A stretch of 64,000 nucleotides of DNA from Propionibacteriaceae bacterium (lineage in GTDB: Bacteria > Actinomycetota > Actinomycetes > Propionibacteriales > Propionibacteriaceae): contig JAISHO010000037.1 in the NCBI GenBank assembly GCA_031262485.1, positions 123,166 to 187,165 on the forward strand. The letters are read 5' to 3'. The position numbers were made by a program, and so were the translations under genes. Below the pieces are notes generated by a model. That model did not search any database. It was not told the origin of the DNA and worked only from the letters and a program-made list of their open reading frames with translations. Within the stretch, counting starts at the first letter, position 1, and each line of letters starts with the position of its first letter. Below are positions 59,101 through 62,418 of this stretch, in pieces.

Positions 59101-62100
59101 GTCTTCTCAAGGGTGAGCGAGTTGTTGCTATCGGCGGGGACGACGGTGTCGTCGGGCGGGGAGACCGGCGGAGTCACGCCGGTCGGCGGAACCGCCGTGG
59201 CGGTGGCCGAGTTCGTCACCGACCCGTTGTCGACGTCGGCTTGGGTGACGGTGTGGGTCCCGGTGCACCGGGCCGTCTTGCCCGGAGCGATCGAGGTGGC
59301 CGGGCAGGCGACGTCGGTGGCGGCCGGGTCGTCGATCGACGGCGTGTCGACGGTCACGTTGCCGGTGTTGGTGATGACGAAGGTGTAGGAGACAGTCTCG
59401 CCGAGATTGGCTTTGCCGTCGCCGTTAGCGTCGCCCAAGGAGGCCGTCTTGGCGACGGTGAGATCGGCGAGTCGGCCGGTCGGCACGTTCGCCGTCGAGG
59501 GGGTCGAGGTGACATCGCCGGTCGGCGAGGTTCCCTTCGCGGTGGCGGTGTTGGTGATGTTCGGCCCGCCGTCCATGTCGGCCTGGGTGACGATGTAGGT
59601 GGCGGTGCAGGTGATCGTCACTCCTGGCGCGATCGTCGTCGAGGGGCAGGAGACGGTTCCTGCCTTGGGGTCGGTCACCGAGACGGCCGTCAAGGTTGAG
59701 GAGCCGGAGTTGGTGACGGCGAAGGAGTAGGAGATCGTCTCGCCCGGCTGGGCCAAGGCGTCGGCGTTGGCGTCGTTGAGCTTGGCCGATTTCACGAGGC
59801 TGATCTCGGCGGTGCGGTCAGCCGGTGTCGTCGTCGTCGAAGTGTTCGAGGTGATGGCCGAGCCGTCGCTGCCCGGCCCGGTCGAGGTGCCCCCGGCCGT
59901 CGCCGTGTTGGCGACTTGACCGGCGTCAATGTCGGCTTGAGTGACGGTGTACGTGGCGGTGCACGTCGTCGAGGCGCCGGGAGCCAAGGTGGTGACGGGG
60001 CAGGTCGCGCCGGTGATCTTGGCGTCGTTGATCTTGAGCGAACTCATCGTCGTCGAACCGGTGTTCGTGACGTCGAAGGTGTAGGTGATCGTCTCCCCGC
60101 GATCGGCCTTGCCGTCGGCGTCGGAGTCGGTCAGCTTCGCCTGTTTGAGCAACGTGGCCGACTTCGTGCCAAAGATCGTCAGGGGGTAGTCCTCGACCTC
60201 GCCACCGGTCAGTTCGCCGGTCGCGGCGAGACCCGAGGAGGAACCGGGAACGATCCGGAAGCGGGCGAACGTCGGACCTGGAACCGTCGTGGAGGGCACC
60301 GCCGCCCAGGTCAAGGTGGCGCTCGTCGCCCCGGCCGCCACCGAGGCGGTGGCCCGTTCGTCGTTCTCAAAGGTTCCGTTGTGGTTGAAGTCGATCCAGC
60401 CCGAGACGGTCGCGACCGCGCCGGAGGTGTTCGTCACCGTCACGGGAATGGTGACGGGTGTGGTCTGCCGGTCGGTGATGACCGGGAAGGTTCCGACCCC
60501 CGTCTCATCATCGGTGTTGTTATTGTCGTCGCCGGAGGCGTCGGAGGAGGTCTTCGCGACCGGTTCCATGTCGATCGACGTGCCGAGCATGACGGGCGAT
60601 GTCCCTGCGGTCGTCGAGCCGCTGGCCGGTGTGAGGGCGGTGACGAGGTGAGAAGCGGAGAGGTAGCTGGCCGGTGCGTCTCCGAAGTCCAAAGCGTTGA
60701 CGCGCGGGATCTGATAATCCTCGACCTCGCCGTCGGTCGTGATCCCCGTCGGTTGGAGCGTCGTGCCGGCCGGGCCGATCCGCACCCGCATGAAGGTGTT
60801 CATCTTCGAGACGGCGTCGGAAGGCACCGTCCAGGTCAATGTGGCCGCTCCGCCCGAACATGTCGTTTGGGCAGACTTCTCCGCCACATCAAAGACGCCA
60901 TTGCCGTTCCAGTCGAGCCAGGCCGCCACCGCGCCAGCGCCGGAACAGGTGACCGAGGTCGGATACGTGTAGGTCGTCCCGGGGGCGGCGTTGAGGTAGG
61001 TGACCGGCGAGAGTCCGTCGTCGTTGTCGTCGGCGCTCGCGTTGGCGCTGTGCATGAGTGTTGTGTCGGCCGTCTCGCCGGCGCCCAACCGCATCGTCGG
61101 ATACCCCGGCGTCGCCAATGTGAAGTTGTTAAACACATTAGTTGTTACCGTGCCGGTGCCCGTGGTGTTCGCCGCTGGGACGCCGCCACTGAAGGTGCCT
61201 TGGTAAATGGCGCCGGCGTCGCCGTAGGTGGCCGGGGCGTCGCCGTAGTCGGCGCCGAGGACGGTGCCGATGGCTCCGGCGGAGGTGGCGGTGGTGCTGG
61301 ACATCGAGTTGACGAGCAGAACGGCGTCGATCGATCCATCCGCATTCGCTCCTTCGGCATAGCCGAGAGCGATCGGGCCACTGCCGGAGCACTGGGTCCC
61401 ATCGGATCGCATGTCGAGCCGATTCCCGTTGGGGTAGGTCTGAGCGACCGTCGAAGTCGTGCAGCTGGAGGGACGATATCGCTCGATGATCCGCCAGGTC
61501 ACCTTGACCCCGTTTTGAATTTGAAGACCGACGAATTCAGTCTGGGAGGGACTGGCGTTCGGGGCGTAGTTGTTCTGTTCGGCGTCGGCGAAGACCAACC
61601 CTTTGAGGGGCACTGGAGTCGTCCCATCGAGGGTGGCTTTACAATTGAAATAGATATACATCGAACCCGGGTTATACGTCTGCGTGCCGTTCGAGATGCC
61701 AGAAACCATCTGGTTCGACGTTCCGGTGCCGCCGATGTTGTAGAGATCGTCGAGGGCGTCACCGCCCCAGGTTCCAGATATATAGGTGTACGCCTTGTTG
61801 GACCCCACCGTGTCACTGGGTTGCACCTGACTGATAGAGCACGTGGTGACGAGCGAGGAGGCGCCGACTGTTTGCGTCGTCGTCGCCGTCATCCCAGCGG
61901 TGACTTCCGTGTTCGCGGCGTTGCTCCACTCCATCCAGTTGATGATCGAGCGGTATATCCCATTGCCGCCAGTGGCGTAGCGCGCGTCCGCCTCCGGCGT
62001 CGCCCAGGGGGCGATCGTGATGAAGGTGGCCGTGAGCACCGAGACGGCGGCGATCGTCGTCCACCGCTGCCAGAAACCGACATGCTTCGTCGTCAAATCC

Positions 62101-62108
62101 CGTGTCAT
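47169..62108 (-). CDS. Giant (4,979 aa) sortase-signal cell-wall-anchored surface protein: signal peptide, ~250-aa head domain, two GEVED-motif domains, 35 tandem ~120-aa Ig-like repeats (DUF11/DUF7507-like), IPNTG anchor
   Basis: Uninterrupted 14,940-nt ORF. N-terminal signal peptide ...TFITIAPWATPEADA. DYGDAP...GEVEDY occurs twice. I counted 35 repeats by their conserved ..TQ(A/x)D(V/I)D.G motif. C-terminus is WIPNTG + hydrophobic helix + RRGRRRSD. Confidence 0.88.
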   Translation of the reverse strand: MTRDLTTKHVGFWQRWTTIAAVSVLTATFITIAPWATPEADARYATGGNGIYRSIINWMEWSNAANTEVTAGMTATTTQTVGASSLVTTCSISQVQPSDTVGSNKAYTYISGTWGGDALDDLYNIGGTGTSNQMVSGISNGTQTYNPGSMYIYFNCKATLDGTTPVPLKGLVFADAEQNNYAPNASPSQTEFVGLQIQNGVKVTWRIIERYRPSSCTTSTVAQTYPNGNRLDMRSDGTQCSGSGPIALGYAEGANADGSIDAVLLVNSMSSTTATSAGAIGTVLGADYGDAPATYGDAGAIYQGTFSGGVPAANTTGTGTVTTNVFNNFTLATPGYPTMRLGAGETADTTLMHSANASADDNDDGLSPVTYLNAAPGTTYTYPTSVTCSGAGAVAAWLDWNGNGVFDVAEKSAQTTCSGGAATLTWTVPSDAVSKMNTFMRVRIGPAGTTLQPTGITTDGEVEDYQIPRVNALDFGDAPASYLSASHLVTALTPASGSTTAGTSPVMLGTSIDMEPVAKTSSDASGDDNNNTDDETGVGTFPVITDRQTTPVTIPVTVTNTSGAVATVSGWIDFNHNGTFENDERATASVAAGATSATLTWAAVPSTTVPGPTFARFRIVPGSSSGLAATGELTGGEVEDYPLTIFGTKSATLLKQAKLTDSDADGKADRGETITYTFDVTNTGSTTMSSLKINDAKITGATCPVTTLAPGASTTCTATYTVTQADIDAGQVANTATAGGTSTGPGSDGSAITSNTSTTTTPADRTAEISLVKSAKLNDANADALAQPGETISYSFAVTNSGSSTLTAVSVTDPKAGTVSCPSTTIAPGVTITCTATYIVTQADMDGGPNITNTATAKGTSPTGDVTSTPSTANVPTGRLADLTVAKTASLGDANGDGKANLGETVSYTFVITNTGNVTVDTPSIDDPAATDVACPATSIAPGKTARCTGTHTVTQADVDNGSVTNSATATAVPPTGVTPPVSPPDDTVVPADSNNSLTLEKTATLNDADGDAKADAGESITYSFLVTNTGSQTLHSISVTDDKLGTVSCGTANLAPGASVTCTANHPVPSREINDGAIVNHATASGVSPSNTTVTSPQDTASVPTDRHASLSFTKVSQLNDLDGDDLGDVGETVTYTLTVTNNGSVTLTDVNVTDPKIPDLSCTHPSLTAFAQFECTATYTITQSDIDAGILTNTATATGTPPAGVTPPTPQTGTAVVNLDVTRGGTLVKTAHLNDTNGDGVAQVGETIDFTFDVTNTSTITIYSNEIVDAKLREANIVPKCTLTTLAPGASTTCTATGYTVTQADVDAGKVTNTAYAQGNSSDGTPGVTNTDTTETPTSTKASQTLAKKATLVDANNNSSADVGETVTYTFTVTNTGDVSLHGMAVDDRMLKAAGATITCPNAEGTQPAGAVVTCSASYTVTQADVDAGTITNTATATAYDPSNKEVPSNEATATVTSTRTSSLTVVKKGELNDTVTVNDLADVGETIDYTFTVTNTGNVSVTAPVIDDAKLKAAGVSITCPAGVIAPTGHVDCTATYTVTQQDVDHGSVDNAATATATPPNGVTPPTSPETTTTTPANDKPSLAIEKTPSLVDGDGDDKADVGETIDYSFKVTNNGAVTITDPTVDDAKITSSGVTITCPTGPLAPGATITCTASYVVNQNDVDSGSVHNTATATGKSPDGTKVTSPLVQTDVPVDSTSEVSLVKKATLNDTVTANQLADAGETIDYTFTVTNSGNVSVRAPQVSDAKLTAAGVTITCPSDVIRPGGTAECTASYTVTQTDIDNGTVANEATATATTPNGGTTPPSDPSKTTTPVDDTPSSTLDKVATLADANGNGTGDAGERINYTFTLTNTGKVTLSDPVITDEMLASAGAPITCGAGPVEPGATLTCTARYDITQADVNKGSVPNSATGTTKTPGGDSNTTPPDDTVTTVDTTASATLTKTPSLVDTNSNNLADAGENITYTFVFTNNGKVTLTDPVVNDAKLAAAGVAISCPSGDVAPGGSVTCTALYTTVLADIDAGSVDNTATATAKTPTGTTTTPETSAKVPAYVEPALTVLKQGELHDEDGDGKADVGELIDYTLTITNTGTVTLTDVTGHDQKLQDAVPALTVDCPSETLTPNSSMVCTAKGYTVTQEDVDSGTVHNTSTATGQPPTPTGSTTPPAEVTSPPGNHDVTTDNTPALTVEKKATLNDTVTANQLADVGETIDYTFTITNTGNVTMTAPEITDAKLKDANVIPTCPDEPILPGKTLDCTATYTVTQADIDAGKVENTATATATPPTPSGSDTPPDPVTSPPDTHTTDANDEPGLTVTKKATLNDGNGNDLADLGETIAYTFTVTNTGQVTITAPQIDDPMLAGADPAVTVTCPPDQIDPGHSRECTATYTVTQADVDKGSVENSATAKGTTPSGDPITSPPSDTTTDTDRTPAITVDKTAKLNDGDGDGLADPGETIDYSFTVTNTGEVTLTDPTLDDPLLANADPAVTPDCPKGAVAPGDSITCTATYTVTQADVDAKSVHNSVTATATPPDGVTPPTGTDTTTTTTDSRNGLKMVKTSQLNDTTAEGHVDGLADVGETITYTFTATNTGTTTLYGLDIDDPMLDAVQPTPVPIDCPAGTIAPGAERVCTATYTVTQADVDKGSIKNAATVQGTDPSGDPVPPPSGTTDVEVPSNYAGGLVVTKEAALTDGDDDGLADVGETIVYSFVLRNTGEVTLSNPTITDEKLDAATPAVTITCPETTLAVGASMTCTSTPYTVTQPDVDSGSVANEATGTATTPPTTDHPDGTTVTTPPSNKNVPTDRTPNLTVVKSAKLAHDADGDGLADAGDTIAYTFTATNKGTVTLTNLVIDDDMLAAVTPDPVAITCPKTTLAPDESTDCTATYTVTQDDVDKGQVHNVATGTADNPAGDPPTHSGETTTTTTVDTNSSLTIDKTATLNDVDAAGHTAGKADVGETIDYSFLITNTGSVTVTKPAVNDPKIGTVTCSSEPIVPGGTRTCTATYTVTQADVDAGSVNNSATATGTDPTGKTTTSPPDTTTTPSNTTPGLSVDKTSTLNDTIVVNEKADKGETIHYTFTVTNTGTVTMRLLEAQDAKLGAADTTITCPTGPLAPGDTAKCTATYTVTQADIDAGAVTNSATVSGTPPDGNKITSPPDDNTVTVDNTPAMTLKKTASLADLDKDGYADAGEVITYTFVVTNTGTVTISGGDDAVTIADPKLAAATPSVTPTCPKTAITPGGTLTCTAVYTVTQQDVDSGQIANTATATGKSPAGDVPPATDTTTTTTDTTSAITLRKDAALDDLDGDGKADVGEKITYTLTVTNTGNVTVNTPTVDDPKLAAAGVAVTFPADPIPPKGTAQATAVYTVTQDDIDAGTILNEATATAKTPPTPDHPDGGTTPPAPSTVTTTVDNTPKVDLVKAASLTNGDADGDGKADVGDVITYTFTVTNSGNVSVTAPHIDDPFLTQKGVDITCPELTTPLKPGSDLVCSASYTVVQADVDAGGVENEATVTAKTPPTPDQPNGGTTPPGTSTTTTPGDDTPGVTVSKQAQLDDRDGNGKADVGEMIRYVFTVENTGMTTLRGITINDPSLAALGTTVTCPVSSIAPGKTLECTAAHTVTQTDVDAGSVANSATATANPPTGDPITSPPDDTTTPSDQTPGIGLTKSATLHDLDGDGLADAGESITYTFTITNSGTVTASAAAISDPMLKAEGVDVTCPATAIAPGEQLTCSAVHVVTQEQVDAGVVANTATATVTTPGGPGTGTDGDTTDVDDHGALTMVKTSLLADQDGDLVADAGETIAYTFTVRNIGNVTMSSPKINDAKLAGAGITPVCPAGPIAPGGSIECTATYTVTQGDIDSGSVTNVATATGNPPSGDPITSPPDTDTTTVDDTPSLSVVKTSKLNDKDGDDLADAGETIDYTFVVTNTGAVTVTAPAISDTKLALAGVTPTCPSDPIAPGEKATCTATYPITQTDVDAGQVVNSATATGTTPDGGTTPPSSPSTTTTPGDSTSSLTVDKAASLNDANFNQLADVGETIDYTFTITNTGSVTLSGPSVSDDKLTAAGVTPTCPSGPIAPGDKAVCTASYTVTQADVDAGTVHNEATATANPPGGITPPMAPPTSPPDTTDTPSNQTPAVSVVKKATLNDLDGDGLADAGETITYTFTISNTGTTTVARIGVDDAMLKAAGVTPTCPAGQLAPGASSECTATYTVTQADVDKGTIANSATATAVPPSGTPITSPPGETTTTTDDNPSLSVEKKGTLRDLDGDGLADAGETIAYTFTITNNGGVTVTAPAISDPKLEAAGVAITCPAGPIQPKRTATCTAIYTVTQADVDAGSVANSATATGKTPDGSDVPPSPPGTTTTPSDSTPGLTVAKSASLQDGNANSLADVGEVIDYTFTITNTGMVTLTAPGIDDAKLTDAGVAISCPADSIAPGGTAECTASYTVTQADVDAGVVRNEATATATPPTPSGGGGTPPAPVTSPPDDVETPANDTDGVTMVKTATITNDDGDGLADAGETIQYTFTITNTGTVSLNSLSVDDPMMTRTNTPVACPSIVLGPGESTTCTAEYTVTQADIDSGSLVNTASGRGKTPGGDDVPTPPSTETTGVDDHPGLTVSKSSTLDDSNGNGVADLGETLRYTITVANTGAVTMSGITVSDPTLEAAGVTVTCPVNSLAPGASTQCTAPYTVTQADLDRGTIANSATASGKTPGGDDITSPPGSNTVTPRSDPKYTFVKNASLDDQDGDGLADSGETITYSFVFTNTGTVTLSGLTVSDDMVGTVTCPAGELAPGDSMTCSAPPYTVTDADVEAGGVSNTASGTTHTPDTIACTGDMSQADVDDRLLQAVLTRDNAPVLRAFTNECPPVPSTVTTTTDVPPTPNPDHHGPIINDDPTPTPSPAPSGGTPTGKTGGNITIIVDNGRTVTYGASPMTTPTTTGKGWIPNTGTTIGLATIIVALASLTVGGILVRRGRRRSD
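47640..60179 (-). repeat. Array of 35 diverged tandem coding repeats (~355-390 bp each) inside the giant adhesin gene
   Basis: Consensus read from the protein: xLxVxK.A.LND.DGDG.AD.GETI.YTFTVTNTG.VT....V.D.KL..AGV..TCP.G.IAPG....CTATYTVTQADVDAG.V.N.ATATG..P......TSPP..TTT. Copies are diverged at the DNA level, not identical. Confidence 0.9.
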
Positions 62109-62132
62109 ATCCCGTTCCCATTCCCCCCGCCA

Positions 62133-62179
62133 CCGAAACCCCCCGGTTTCGGCCGCGCCCAGGTCTCCACACCTGGCGC
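62133..62179 (-). promoter_or_regulatory. Structured 5' leader of the giant adhesin gene (two hairpins)
   Basis: On the mRNA strand: GCGCCAGG-TGTGGAGA-CCTGG(G)CGC (62179-62155), then CCGAAACC-GGGG-GGTTTCGG (62152-62133), then GGGAACGGGAT immediately before the ATG. Confidence 0.35.
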
Positions 62180-62195
62180 ATAGCGGTTTGACATG

Positions 62196-62224
62196 ACGCT
62201 AATAAGAGAACGGAGACATGTCAA
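62196..62224 (-). promoter_or_regulatory. Candidate promoter of the giant adhesin gene
   Basis: Minus strand has TTGACA (62224-62219), a 17-nt spacer, then TAGCGT (62201-62196). The -35 is a consensus match and the -10 fits TAnnnT. The leader to the ATG at 62108 is about 80 nt. Confidence 0.45.
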
Positions 62225-62257
62225 CTTTAAAATTGCTAGTAGAAGTCTCGATCGCTC

Positions 62258-62272
62258 GTGCCTCATGGGCAC
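62258..62272. promoter_or_regulatory. 15-bp palindrome centred between the divergent promoters (candidate operator)
   Basis: GTGCC-TCATG-GGCAC lies 33 nt from the minus-strand -35 and 34 nt from the plus-strand -35. Confidence 0.35.
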
Positions 62273-62306
62273 ACCTCGAACCATCCCTTCATCCACAATT
62301 TGAAAC

Positions 62307-62336
62307 TTGACATGTTTCTATCTATGTGCGTACGGT
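62307..62336 (+). promoter_or_regulatory. Candidate promoter of the second adhesin gene
   Basis: TTGACA (62307-62312), an 18-nt spacer, then TACGGT (62331-62336). The leader to the ATG at 62419 is about 76 nt. Confidence 0.4.
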
Positions 62337-62418
62337 CGAACAAGCGATGGCGCGCCAGGCCAGGGGTGGAGTCCTGCCCGGCGACGGGGGCCGTCGCGAG
62401 GGGAACGGGATAATACTT

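Noticed and set aside
47640-60179. Regular ~360-390-bp periodicity that might suggest a CRISPR array, satellite or other non-coding repeat array.
   Set aside because: The period is far larger than CRISPR repeat-spacer units. The copies are diverged, lie in one continuous reading frame, and are conserved at the protein level. No short identical direct repeats or cas genes are present in the window.
47169-62108. Whether the 15-kb ORF could be a megasynthase (NRPS/PKS) or an RTX/toxin-type protein.
   Set aside because: It has no condensation (HHxxxDG), adenylation, KS (DTACSS), ACP/PCP (GxDS) or RTX nonapeptide (GGxGxDxUx) motifs. It has a Sec signal and a sortase signal instead, so it is a structural surface protein.
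62123-62144. Two C6/G6 homopolymer tracts (62123-62128 and 62139-62144) in the adhesin leader as slipped-strand phase-variation switches.
   Set aside because: Six nucleotides is short for efficient slippage. One tract is simply the loop and stem edge of the leader hairpin. I see no evidence of length heterogeneity from a single sequence.
46683-62183. Very long plus-strand ORFs antisense to the giant adhesin (46683-50381 at 1,232 aa; 51102-54857 at 1,251 aa; 55578-57602; 57957-59699; 59916-62183).
   Set aside because: Their products are monotonous Arg/Gly/Asp/Val strings (..VDVGLGDGVRRGA.. repeated) that simply mirror the sense-strand TVTQADVD repeats. High GC3 on the coding strand suppresses stop codons on the opposite strand. 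They show no start context, signal or domain motifs. The minus-strand frame has a coherent signal peptide, domains and sorting signal.
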